Source: Patescibacteria group bacterium
Lineage (GTDB): Bacteria; Patescibacteriota; Patescibacteriia; Buchananbacterales; UBA6539
DNA length: 51,560 nt
Assembly: GCA_028688055.1 (NCBI GenBank)
Contig: JAQTYZ010000004.1
Location: 99,021-150,580 of the forward strand
Direction: 5' to 3'
The position numbers and the translations under genes were made by a program. The notes below the pieces were generated by a model, which saw only the letters and a list, made by a program, of their open reading frames with translations, was not told the origin of the DNA and did no database searches. Position 1 is the first letter of the stretch. Each line of letters begins with the position of its first letter. Below, in pieces: positions 19,052 through 28,587 of this stretch.

Positions 19052-20050
19052 ATGATTATCTTAGCTCTTGAAAGTTCCTGCGACGAAACCGCCGCCGCAA
19101 TTTTAAAAACCGACGGGCGACGTTTTGATATTCTGAGCGAAAAGGTTTGGTCACAAATTAATATTCATAAAAAATTCGGCGGCGTGGTGCCAGAAGTCGC
19201 CGCTCGAAATCATGTACTAAAAATTATTCCCGTGCTTGAGGAAACTTTGATCGGGGCCGGAGTTAAGCCTAATAAACTTGATGCCATTGCCGTAACCGCC
19301 GGACCAGGGTTAATCACCTCACTAATAGTCGGGGTACAAACAGCTAAAACCTTGGCCTATGCTTGGCACAAGCCGTTGATTCCGGTCAATCATGTCAAGG
19401 CGCACCTCTACGCTAATTGGTTAAATAATCAGCCAATTAAATTTCCCGCCATCGGTTTAATCGTCTCCGGCGGACATACTGAATTAATTTTATTAAAAAA
19501 TCCGACGTCACTAAAAAAAATTGGTGCCACCGTTGATGATGCGGCCGGCGAAGCTTTTGATAAAACCTCTCAATTACTAAAATTAGGTTACCCCGGCGGA
19601 GTGGCCATCGCCCTTAAAGCTGAGCCAGGGGATTGTTCGGCCTTTAATTTTCCCCGACCGATGATCAACGCTGCTAACTTTAATTTTAGTTTTTCCGGAT
19701 TAAAAACAGCTGTACTGTACGCCACCAAAAAAATTAATAAACTCAACAACAAAATTATTGCCGACCTTTGTGCCTCCTTTGAACAGGCGGTGGTCGACAC
19801 TTTAACGGTCAAAACAATCCGCGCGGCCCACCAGTATAAAGCTAAAACGATAATCCTGGCCGGCGGCGTCGCCGCGAATAAAAAACTACGCATCACCTTG
19901 CAACAACAGGCGGAAAAAAATAGTTTTAATTTGAGCTTGCCGCTGATTAAATATTGTACCGATAACGCTGCGATGATTGCGGCGGCCGGTTATTTTGCGA
20001 AGCCTGCCAAGTTAGAAAAAATTAACGCTGATCCAAGTTGGGAAATATGA
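19052..20050 (+). CDS. tsaD: tRNA N6-threonylcarbamoyltransferase
   Basis: ESSCDET, GGVVPEVAARNH, H..AH, SGGHT, DDAAGEAFDK, CTDNAAMI. Confidence 0.96.
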   Translation: MIILALESSCDETAAAILKTDGRRFDILSEKVWSQINIHKKFGGVVPEVAARNHVLKIIPVLEETLIGAGVKPNKLDAIAVTAGPGLITSLIVGVQTAKTLAYAWHKPLIPVNHVKAHLYANWLNNQPIKFPAIGLIVSGGHTELILLKNPTSLKKIGATVDDAAGEAFDKTSQLLKLGYPGGVAIALKAEPGDCSAFNFPRPMINAANFNFSFSGLKTAVLYATKKINKLNNKIIADLCASFEQAVVDTLTVKTIRAAHQYKAKTIILAGGVAANKKLRITLQQQAEKNSFNLSLPLIKYCTDNAAMIAAAGYFAKPAKLEKINADPSWEI

Positions 20051-20469
20051 AATACCTCACCAAAAATGAAAAAGAAACCATGGCTTTAGGTAAAAAAATA
20101 GCCGCTACTTTTGCGGGTGGTGAAGTGGTTGCTTTACATGGCGACTTAGGAGCCGGCAAAACTACCTTAGCCAAAGGGATCGCGATTGGCTTAGGTATTA
20201 AAAATAAAATTACCAGCCCGACTTTTGTTTTAATGAATATCTACCAAACTAAAAATAAAACCGTAACCGAGCTCGTTCATCTTGATTGTTATCGCATTAA
20301 TAATTATCACGAAATGGAAATGATCGGATTTAATGAGTACGCTCAAAATCCCAAGGCGGTAACTTTAATTGAATGGCCGGAAAAAATTGCACCATTGCTG
20401 CCTAAGATAAGACGGGAAATATTCATCCGACTTCGGTCTGACCAGCAACGCGAAATTGAAATAAAATAA
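20047..20469 (+). CDS. tsaE: t6A biosynthesis ATPase
   Basis: GDLGAGKTT, SPTF, HLDCYR, IEWPE; ATGA overlap with the tsaD stop. Confidence 0.95.
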   Translation: MKYLTKNEKETMALGKKIAATFAGGEVVALHGDLGAGKTTLAKGIAIGLGIKNKITSPTFVLMNIYQTKNKTVTELVHLDCYRINNYHEMEMIGFNEYAQNPKAVTLIEWPEKIAPLLPKIRREIFIRLRSDQQREIEIK

Positions 20470-20499
20470 AAACCCCGGCCAAACCAACCGGGATTTTTT
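20468..20499. terminator. Bidirectional terminator
   Basis: AAAAACCCCGG ... CCGGGATTTTTT between convergent genes. Confidence 0.7.
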
Positions 20500-20510
20500 A
20501 AAATTTAAAA

Positions 20511-22247
20511 TTAAAGTCTTTCGGTGATATCCTTGGCCACGCGGAATATTTCTTCCACTGTCGTAATGCCGTCAACCGCCTTCAGTAAGCCATCTTGAAT
20601 CATCGTAATCATACCGTTACGAACGGCGATAGCGCGCATATCATATTCGGAAACATGCCCAGTCAAAATCAAATTTTCGACCTCTTTATTCATGGTCATC
20701 ACTTCAAAAATTCCCACTCGTCCCTTATACCCCAAACCCTGGCATTCTTCACAGCCACCGCCTTTATAAAATTTCAGTTTTTTAATTTGATCGGTTGGAA
20801 TTTTAAAACCAGACTGCTCGGGAAGCTCCGCTAAAATCTCCATCACTCGTGATAGCGTTCGACTATCTGGTTCGTCTTCTTTTTTACAAAATTCACAAAT
20901 TTTTCTAACCAATCGCTGACCAATCATCGCGTTAATGGCCGGTGCTAATAAAAATGGTTTTACTTGCATCGACAATAAACGCGGAATGGTTCCAGCGGCG
21001 TCATTGGTGTGAAGGGTAGTGATAACCAAATGACCAGTCAAAGCGGCATTAATGGCAATTTCCGCGGTTTCTAAGTCTCGGACTTCACCGACCATTACGA
21101 TATCTGGATCCTGTCGTAAAATCGATCTTAAACCGTTAGCAAAAGTATATTTTTTACTGTAGTCAATCTGGCTTTGATTAACACCATCAAGCTTATATTC
21201 AACCGGGTCTTCAATGGTAATAATTTTCGTCCCCGGATCATTTAACTTATTTAAAACCGCGTACAGGGTGGTGGTTTTTCCTGAACCAGTTGGACCAGTG
21301 GTCACAATCATGCCGTTTGGTTTTTCGATTTCAATTTTCAATGACTCAAAAGCTTTACCGCGCAAACCCAAATCTTCGAACATCAGCCCAACAGCTGACG
21401 ACATTAATAATCGCATCACCACGCTTTCACCGTACGCCGTTGGCAGCGTCGAAACTCGAACATCAATTTTTTCCTTAGTCATAAAAATGGTAAAACGACC
21501 ATCCTGCGGCCGGTCTTCCACATTAATCTTTAACTTCGAGACTAATTTAATTCTGGCAATAACTTGAGGCCAAACTTTTGGCTCCATTTCAGCGGCATCA
21601 TGCAAAATACCATCAATTCTAAATCTGACTTTTATTCCTTTCTCTTCCGCTTCAATATGGATGTCTGATGACCTTGATTTAATCGCCGCGGCAATAATCA
21701 GCGTCACCATGTCGGTAATTGAAATCTCACTCAATTTTTTATTTAAATCCTGCAACGTCGAAATTGAGGTTTCATATTTTTTTAACTCCTCTTCGGTTAT
21801 TTCAACACCACTGACAAACTTTCTGATTTTGGGAATAATGCGGTAAAGATTATAGGCAAAATTAAAACTATTCTGAGAAATCAAATACACTTGAACGTCG
21901 GCGTGATTTTCTTTCGCCAACATTTTTGTAATTTCCAATAATTTCGGATGTTGCGGATCGAGCGCGCCAATTCTAATGTCATTTGAGCCGCGAAAAAAGC
22001 AAACCGCCCCAAGCTGCTTGGAATCTTCTTCACTAAAAAGCGTTAAGGTTTCAGGACTGATCGGAAAACCTTTTAAGTCGATGTACTGCGCGCCAGCCAT
22101 TCCCGCTTTAGACTGAGCTTCACGCTCTTTTTCCTTGAGACCGATACTCTTCATCTTTTCATCAAATTTTTCGGTGACGTCGGCGGTGGCAACCCTCGGC
22201 TTAAGCGAGTCGATACTATCAAAAAAATTTTCTTTAGCTTGTGACAT
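20511..22247 (-). CDS. pilB: GspE/PilB family secretion or pilus assembly ATPase
   Basis: SDIHIE, GPTGSGKTTTLY, EDPVEY, LRQDPD, TGHL..TTLHTNDA, CxxC...CxxC zinc motif. Confidence 0.92.
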   Translation of the reverse strand: MSQAKENFFDSIDSLKPRVATADVTEKFDEKMKSIGLKEKEREAQSKAGMAGAQYIDLKGFPISPETLTLFSEEDSKQLGAVCFFRGSNDIRIGALDPQHPKLLEITKMLAKENHADVQVYLISQNSFNFAYNLYRIIPKIRKFVSGVEITEEELKKYETSISTLQDLNKKLSEISITDMVTLIIAAAIKSRSSDIHIEAEEKGIKVRFRIDGILHDAAEMEPKVWPQVIARIKLVSKLKINVEDRPQDGRFTIFMTKEKIDVRVSTLPTAYGESVVMRLLMSSAVGLMFEDLGLRGKAFESLKIEIEKPNGMIVTTGPTGSGKTTTLYAVLNKLNDPGTKIITIEDPVEYKLDGVNQSQIDYSKKYTFANGLRSILRQDPDIVMVGEVRDLETAEIAINAALTGHLVITTLHTNDAAGTIPRLLSMQVKPFLLAPAINAMIGQRLVRKICEFCKKEDEPDSRTLSRVMEILAELPEQSGFKIPTDQIKKLKFYKGGGCEECQGLGYKGRVGIFEVMTMNKEVENLILTGHVSEYDMRAIAVRNGMITMIQDGLLKAVDGITTVEEIFRVAKDITERL

Positions 22248-22301
22248 AAATTAAATCTTGCAATTATATTATAGCTTTTTTGATGGCCATAAACAAGCAA
22301 C

Positions 22302-22329
22302 AAAAAAAACCCTGCCGCGCGGGGTTTTT
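22302..22329 (-). terminator. Intrinsic terminator
   Basis: A8-CCC ... GGGGTTTTT hairpin after the 22344 gene. Confidence 0.6.
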
Positions 22330-22343
22330 AAAATAATTAAATT

Positions 22344-23297
22344 TTAACCCTTGAGTCGGCCCATCACTCTCCTAATGAATGACTGTAATAGATTCTTTTT
22401 GCTCGTAATAACTTCAAATACCAACGCCCACGTCGCCCAATAAAATACCGCTAAGTACATTTGGACGACCATAAATAAAGCGAGGACCAAACCAATAATC
22501 AAATAAACGCCAAAAATAAATCCGGCAAAAAACTTGATTGAGAAAAGTAATAAGAGCGCTAAAATAAAGAATAGATAAAGGCTAATTAATAGATAGACAA
22601 CAAACAATATTACCGCTATTTCAATGGTTGCCAGCCAATTGGCCCGAAATAGTTTCCAGCCGTTGGCTAACGCCTCACCGAATTTCCAGTGTTTTGTGAC
22701 AACGCCGCAAATCGAATATTTAACAAAAAATGAAATCAACATGATGATAACGGTCAACGCATAGAACGTTAAGGTAATGGCAAGACCAATACCTCGGAAA
22801 CTTAACAAAGCCATAATCGAAATAACCGCCAGCATCGCGCTAGTGGCTAACCTTAAAATCAAATTAAATCCTAAGACCGGCCAAAATTTTATCAAGCCAA
22901 TACCAATGCCTTCACCCCATCTGACCTGGCGGCCACGACTCGACTCAACACTTAAGCTAACCAAAGCGCTTTGCGAAATTACCATTAGCACCACGGCTAA
23001 AATGATAAAAACAATTATCATTAATGTTACCCCAAAAATCTCAACAAACCTTAAGGGATTAGTTGATAAAATGGCTGCCAAACCTTTGAGACCAGCAATA
23101 CTAAAAAATCCGCCTTCAGCTAAACCATTAACAAACGAGGTTATCATTTGCTCACCACTAAATCCGTAGGTACTTAATAAGAAACCGATTTCGGTGCTGC
23201 CACCGAACAACACTACAAAAAAACCAAAAAATAAGAGCATTGGTTTTTCACTCGCAACCTTTAACGCCTGCTTAAAAATTTGAAGGTAAGTGAGCAT
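22344..23297 (-). CDS. Multi-pass membrane protein of unknown function
   Basis: About 6-7 hydrophobic segments; 11 nt downstream of ftsH. Confidence 0.8.
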   Translation of the reverse strand: MLTYLQIFKQALKVASEKPMLLFFGFFVVLFGGSTEIGFLLSTYGFSGEQMITSFVNGLAEGGFFSIAGLKGLAAILSTNPLRFVEIFGVTLMIIVFIILAVVLMVISQSALVSLSVESSRGRQVRWGEGIGIGLIKFWPVLGFNLILRLATSAMLAVISIMALLSFRGIGLAITLTFYALTVIIMLISFFVKYSICGVVTKHWKFGEALANGWKLFRANWLATIEIAVILFVVYLLISLYLFFILALLLLFSIKFFAGFIFGVYLIIGLVLALFMVVQMYLAVFYWATWALVFEVITSKKNLLQSFIRRVMGRLKG

Positions 23298-23308
23298 ATT
23301 TTTTTATT

Positions 23309-25162
23309 TTAAGATATAACTTCAGTGATATTTGATTTCTCTTTTCCCTCATCAAAAATGGCCTCAAATTCAGCCTGCTCAATGGTTTCTTTCTTCATCA
23401 ATACCTCAACAATGTCATCCATCTTATTTCTTTTCTTCTTAATGATGTTCAGCGCCGTTTTAATGGCATCAGCAATAAAGCGACTAATTTCACCGTCAAT
23501 TTGTTCAGCAACTTTTTCACTGTAATCTCGCTGCTCCGTAATTTCTTTACCTAAAAAAATCAGCTCTTCACGCTTACCGAAAGTTCGCTGACCCAAAACA
23601 TCACTCATGCCATATTGCATAATCAATTGCTTGGTAATTTTTGTTGCTTCGCGTAAATCATTTGATGCACCAGTCGTGACATCACCAAAAACTTCTTTTT
23701 CCGTCACATGGCCCGCGACTAAAACCGCTAATTCGGCCAAGAACTCCTCCTTGGTTTGCAAATATTTATCACGTAGTGGCAACTTCAAGGTATAGCCAGC
23801 GGCTCGTCCACGCGATACCACGGAAACCTTGTGGACCGGATCGGCATTTGGCAGTTCATGAGCGACGAGCGCATGACCGGCTTCGTGATAAGCCGTAACT
23901 TTTTTCTCATGTTCGGACAAGAGATGACTTTTGCGCTCCGGTCCCAAAATGACTTTTTCGATACTTTCTAAAATATCAGCTAAATCAATCTTGGTTTTAT
24001 TTTTTCGAGCCGCAAAAATGGCCGCTTCATTAAGTAAATTATTAAGGTCAGCACCAGTAAACCCCGGCGTTCGCTGGGCTACTTTTCTTAAATCAACATC
24101 ATCGGAAAACGGCTTTTTCCGAGCATGAACTTTCAGAATCGCTTCACGGTCGTCAATACTTGGCGCATCTAAAACTACGCGCCGATCAAATCGACCTGGT
24201 CGTAATAGGGCAGCATCCAAAATATCCGGCCGGTTGGTGGCCGCAATCACAATAATATTTGTTGTCACGTCAAAACCGTCCATCTCGACCAAAATCTGAT
24301 TCAAGGTTTGTTCGCGCTCGTCATTTGAGCCACCCAAACCAGCCCCACGTTGTCGACCGACCGCATCAAGCTCATCAATAAAAACAATACAAGGTGAATT
24401 TCGCTTGGCTTTTCGGAATAAGTCACGAACCCTTGAAGCTCCAACGCCAACAAACATTTCCACGAATTCAGACCCGGAAATACTAAAGAAGGGAACATTG
24501 GCTTCGCCAGCCACCGCGCGAGACAACAAGGTTTTTCCGGTCCCCGGCGGACCAACGAGCAAAACGCCCTTAGGAATTCTGGCTCCCAAATTAATAAACT
24601 TTTTCGGATTCTTTAAAAATTCCACAATTTCCGCCAACTCTTCTTTAGCCTCCTTGGCACCGGCCACATCACGGAAAGTGACTTTATTTTTTTTATCCTG
24701 CGGGGCCACCTCGCGCGCTTTGCTTTGGCCAAACATCATCGCCCGACTATTAGCGCCTTGGACCTGGCGCATCATAATATAAATAAAGGCCGCCACCAAA
24801 ACAAACGGAATCAAAAACGGCAACAATAATTTCAACCATGAATCAACACTGGAGTCCTGCGTGACTTCAACTTTAACTTGTTTGAGTTGATCCGGATTAA
24901 CATTGTAATTTTTAAACAACTCACCCAACGACTCCGTCGGCTCTTTGCTAACTTCAGCGACCGTGTCATCTTTTAAAGTTAAATCAATTTTATCATTAAT
25001 AATCTTGATTGACTTAACGTCACCATTATTAATTTTTTCGACCATGGTCGTTATATCCATGTCAGTTTTATTCTGTGTTGGGCTGAGATACGTACTAAAT
25101 AACAAAGAGATGCTGATAAAGGCGATAAAAACGTAAAATAGATTTCGCGCGATATTTTTCAT
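23309..25162 (-). CDS. ftsH: ATP-dependent zinc metalloprotease FtsH
   Basis: Two TMs, [16 protein letters not shown] ([20 protein letters not shown]), HEAGH. Confidence 0.97.
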   Translation of the reverse strand: MKNIARNLFYVFIAFISISLLFSTYLSPTQNKTDMDITTMVEKINNGDVKSIKIINDKIDLTLKDDTVAEVSKEPTESLGELFKNYNVNPDQLKQVKVEVTQDSSVDSWLKLLLPFLIPFVLVAAFIYIMMRQVQGANSRAMMFGQSKAREVAPQDKKNKVTFRDVAGAKEAKEELAEIVEFLKNPKKFINLGARIPKGVLLVGPPGTGKTLLSRAVAGEANVPFFSISGSEFVEMFVGVGASRVRDLFRKAKRNSPCIVFIDELDAVGRQRGAGLGGSNDEREQTLNQILVEMDGFDVTTNIIVIAATNRPDILDAALLRPGRFDRRVVLDAPSIDDREAILKVHARKKPFSDDVDLRKVAQRTPGFTGADLNNLLNEAAIFAARKNKTKIDLADILESIEKVILGPERKSHLLSEHEKKVTAYHEAGHALVAHELPNADPVHKVSVVSRGRAAGYTLKLPLRDKYLQTKEEFLAELAVLVAGHVTEKEVFGDVTTGASNDLREATKITKQLIMQYGMSDVLGQRTFGKREELIFLGKEITEQRDYSEKVAEQIDGEISRFIADAIKTALNIIKKKRNKMDDIVEVLMKKETIEQAEFEAIFDEGKEKSNITEVIS

Positions 25163-25173
25163 AGGTATTTATT

Positions 25174-25222
25174 AAAGTAAAAAACGGGTAAAGTTGTTAA
25201 CATTATACCCGTTTTTTACTTT
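25174..25222 (-). terminator. Long inverted repeat after rpsA, containing a TATAAT for ftsH
   Basis: 17-bp arms AAAGTAAAAAACGGGTA/TACCCGTTTTTTACTTT. Confidence 0.7.
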
Positions 25223-25232
25223 GTAATCAAGG

Positions 25233-26438
25233 TTAATTTGCCGCTGGATCGGCAATTTTATCTTCCGGGGCAATAACGTCTTTAACTTCTCTTACGGGTC
25301 CAGCTTCTTTTTCTTTTAAGGCTTTAATACTCAGGCCCAAGCGATGATGCGATGGCTCAATCGACAAAATCTTAAACTCAACAAGGTCACCAGATTTGGC
25401 AATTTCATTGGGATCGACGATCGGTTTTGAGGATAATTCAGAAACGTGAGCCAAGCCGTGGATGTCCGGATCTAACTCAACAAACAAGCCAAATGGGTTA
25501 ACCTTCAAGACCGTGCCTTTAACAATTTGGCCGACCTGATACTTATCGCCGACATTCTTCCAGGGGTCTTCAACTAACTTTTTCATCGACAAGAAAATTT
25601 TTGACCCCTCAACATTGATAATTTCAGCTTTAATTTTGTCGCCGACCTTCACAAAGTCGGTTGGATTATCAATGCGCTGCCAAGCCAACTCCGAAATGTG
25701 AACCAAGCCTTCTAATTTGTCCTTACCAAATTCGATAAAGACCCCAAAGTCAGTTACGGCCGTAACTTTCCCTTCGACCACATCACCAACTTTATAACTG
25801 GCGATAACATCCTTTTGCTTTTCTTCCCAGCCGGCTTTTTCGGAAACAATCAACTTCTCTTCGCCTTCGGTGACGTCGATTAATTTAACATCAAATTCCT
25901 GGCCGATATAACTTTTTAATCTTTCCAAAATCCGATTTTTATCGCCACCCGGAACGCGCGGATAATGTTCAGGCATTAGCTGTGAGACCGGCAAAAATCC
26001 CGGAATCTTACCAACCTTAACCATTAAACCGCCCTTATTGGCGTCAACAATCAGGGCTTTAACAATTTCTTCCTTGCCCTTAATTTCATTGAGAGTTTCC
26101 CAGGCTTTCTGGTGACCAGCAAAACGGAATGACAATTCCATTTCGCCATTTTCATTTTCCAATTCAATAACCGTCGCCTCAACTTCATCACCAACTTTTA
26201 AATTGGAATATTCATTAGATTCATCATAAAACTCCCGGCCACGAACAATGCCAGTCGTTAGTCCATCAATATCGAGCCGAATCTCCGAACGTGAAATATC
26301 AATAATCTTACCCTTAACCATGTCACCGATTTTCGGGATCTTAATAAAATCCCCCTCGGCTAATAGTTTTTTAAGCTGAGAGGTTGGGTCGCTAGAAACG
26401 TCGTTATTATTATCTTTTTCGCTAATTTCGTTTCTCAT
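25233..26438 (-). CDS. rpsA: 30S ribosomal protein S1 (four S1 domains)
   Basis: Repeated S1 motifs, e.g. DFGVFIE..GLVHISEL and PFGLFVE..GLAHVSEL. Confidence 0.88.
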   Translation of the reverse strand: MRNEISEKDNNNDVSSDPTSQLKKLLAEGDFIKIPKIGDMVKGKIIDISRSEIRLDIDGLTTGIVRGREFYDESNEYSNLKVGDEVEATVIELENENGEMELSFRFAGHQKAWETLNEIKGKEEIVKALIVDANKGGLMVKVGKIPGFLPVSQLMPEHYPRVPGGDKNRILERLKSYIGQEFDVKLIDVTEGEEKLIVSEKAGWEEKQKDVIASYKVGDVVEGKVTAVTDFGVFIEFGKDKLEGLVHISELAWQRIDNPTDFVKVGDKIKAEIINVEGSKIFLSMKKLVEDPWKNVGDKYQVGQIVKGTVLKVNPFGLFVELDPDIHGLAHVSELSSKPIVDPNEIAKSGDLVEFKILSIEPSHHRLGLSIKALKEKEAGPVREVKDVIAPEDKIADPAAN

Positions 26439-26607
26439 TTCAATTGTTGTTTAGCCTTATTCGATCTGAGCGAATTAAAGCCCTCGCCCGCTGGCGAGGT
26501 TATTTATTAAAGTTACAACTTCCAGAGCATATCATATCTGGTGATATTTGTAAAGGGTTAAGCCATTTTTGTTGCCGAAGGTAAATTATGGTAAAATCAG
26601 CTTAAAT

Positions 26608-27153
26608 ATGATCACCCCTAAGTCAAAAATTAGCCGCGAGAACTTCCGCAAAATGGTGGCTGGTGGCAAAAGCTATCTACCAACAAAAATTACCAAGGAA
26701 CTGAAAGCCGCTGGCTTTCACACCGTCCTGTCTGGCTCCCGCGTTGGGCGGGAGAAAGCGCTTAAGGCCATTAAGCATTTGCAAGGGAAAGGGCTGCTGA
26801 CTAAACTCAAATCGCCGTCAGTGCTTTTTCGCGCCGCCGGCATTTCTCAAGCTGAGGAGGACTTTGCGGCCGAACAAGCCATCAAGCAAAAACATATCCG
26901 AACCCAGATTAAAATGGATGTCGCGGAAGAAATGATTAATGACGAACGGGGCAAAAATGATAACCAATATGACCACCGGAGCATTTTAGGTAAAAGCGTT
27001 ATTGATGAGCTTGACGCCGAGGGCCACAACCGCAATCAAAAAATTAGCGACGAACGCCAAAAATCTAACAAGCCGAGCGCGACCAAAAGCGGTAAAATTA
27101 ACCGACCGCAATTAGCCGATATCAGTAATTTGCCGGATATGGATATCGGCTAA
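26608..27153 (+). CDS. Hypothetical basic/charged protein
   Basis: Start set at ATG 26608, 10 nt after TGGTAAAAT. Confidence 0.65.
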   Translation: MITPKSKISRENFRKMVAGGKSYLPTKITKELKAAGFHTVLSGSRVGREKALKAIKHLQGKGLLTKLKSPSVLFRAAGISQAEEDFAAEQAIKQKHIRTQIKMDVAEEMINDERGKNDNQYDHRSILGKSVIDELDAEGHNRNQKISDERQKSNKPSATKSGKINRPQLADISNLPDMDIG

Positions 27154-27282
27154 ACTTAAGCCAAAAAAATCGCTCAATTGAGAAAAAAAAATTGAAGAAA
27201 TTTTCTTGCCAATTTCACAGCTATCTGCTAAAATATAAGTGACAAAAGTGTCATTTTTTTAGTTAAATTTTTTAATATTTCT

Positions 27283-27930
27283 ATGGTTATAACCTGGTTT
27301 GGCCAATCCTGCTTTAAGGTTGAAGGCGAAAAAAACGTTTTAGTTATTGACCCATTTGATAACCAAACTGGTCTAAAATTGCCCCGCCTAACCGCCGATG
27401 TCGTCACGGTCAGTCATGACCATCATGACCACAATAACACCGATGGTGTTAAAGGTATTACTGGCCCGGAACCTTACGTTATTAACGCTCCCGGTGAATA
27501 TGAAGTAAAAAATATCTTTGTCCTTGGCATTCCTAGTTTTCATGATGACAAAAAAGGCGCGGAGCGAGGTAAAAACATTATTTTTCGTTATGAAATAGAC
27601 GGCATTAAATTCGCTCACTTGGGCGACCTAGGCCACCTGCTTGAAAATGGTCAAGTTGAAAAGTTAGAAGGACTTGATATTTTGATGATTCCGGTTGGTG
27701 GCGGCTATACCATCGATGGTAAGCAGGCCAACGAGCTGATCAGTCAGCTCGAGCCAAGAGTAGTGATTCCGATGCACTACAGCCTGCCAGGCAGCAAATC
27801 AAAGTTAACCAACCTTGACCCATTCTGCAAAGAAATTGGCATTTGTCCTCACGAACCGCTTAAAAAATACAAAATTATGAAAAAAGATTTGCCCCAAGAT
27901 GATTTGCAGGTTGTCGTTTTGGAACCTTAA
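27283..27930 (+). CDS. MBL-fold metallo-hydrolase
   Basis: ITWFGQSCF, SHDHHDHN, HLGDLG, IPVGG.YT, IPMHY; TTGCCA-N17-TAAAAT upstream. Confidence 0.9.
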   Translation: MVITWFGQSCFKVEGEKNVLVIDPFDNQTGLKLPRLTADVVTVSHDHHDHNNTDGVKGITGPEPYVINAPGEYEVKNIFVLGIPSFHDDKKGAERGKNIIFRYEIDGIKFAHLGDLGHLLENGQVEKLEGLDILMIPVGGGYTIDGKQANELISQLEPRVVIPMHYSLPGSKSKLTNLDPFCKEIGICPHEPLKKYKIMKKDLPQDDLQVVVLEP

Positions 27931-27939
27931 TGATGATTT

Positions 27940-28581
27940 ATGTCGTTACCTGGCGATCAAAATAATCTAACCCCTGAAAAAAAGAAATTTAACATTGAAG
28001 ATTTACCGGAACCAACGCGACGTTTTATTTGGAAGCTGTCGATTATTGTTATCATGGTCCCAGTCGTTATCATCTGGGTGGTAATCGCGAAAAAAAACTT
28101 TACAACCGAAAGTAAAAACAACTACGGCCTGGACGACTGGCGATCAATTTCCGAAAAAATTAATGAACTTTCAGAAGAAACCACCACTGACCTTAACGCC
28201 GCCAAAGAAAATCTTGGTTTAATGCCAGGCAGTAGCAGCACTGATCAAGTAACTAAAGATTTAAACGAAAGCCTCACAGCTGATTGGCCGACATACCATA
28301 ATTCGCTCGGAGCATTTCAAATTAAATTTCCGCCCCAATATCATTATGTTGAACCCACCGCGACCGGAACCGATTTGCTCGTTAGTTTTTTCCAACCCGA
28401 GATTGCCACCGCGACGCTCGAATTATATCGCTATCAGAATATTGATGACTTTACTAATAAACCAAATTTAAAAAAATATTGGCCGGCGGGATATTTTTAC
28501 ATTGTCGCTGTCGGTGCCACTGATGCCACGGCCACCCCACTAATACTCGACACTTTTGAACTTGGACCACAAAATTATTAA
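27940..28581 (+). CDS. Hypothetical single-TM membrane-anchored protein
   Basis: One TM (LSIIVIMVPVVIIWVVIA); C-terminal W.TY.N...FQIKFP segment. Confidence 0.7.
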   Translation: MSLPGDQNNLTPEKKKFNIEDLPEPTRRFIWKLSIIVIMVPVVIIWVVIAKKNFTTESKNNYGLDDWRSISEKINELSEETTTDLNAAKENLGLMPGSSSTDQVTKDLNESLTADWPTYHNSLGAFQIKFPPQYHYVEPTATGTDLLVSFFQPEIATATLELYRYQNIDDFTNKPNLKKYWPAGYFYIVAVGATDATATPLILDTFELGPQNY

Positions 28582-28587
28582 TTCCCT

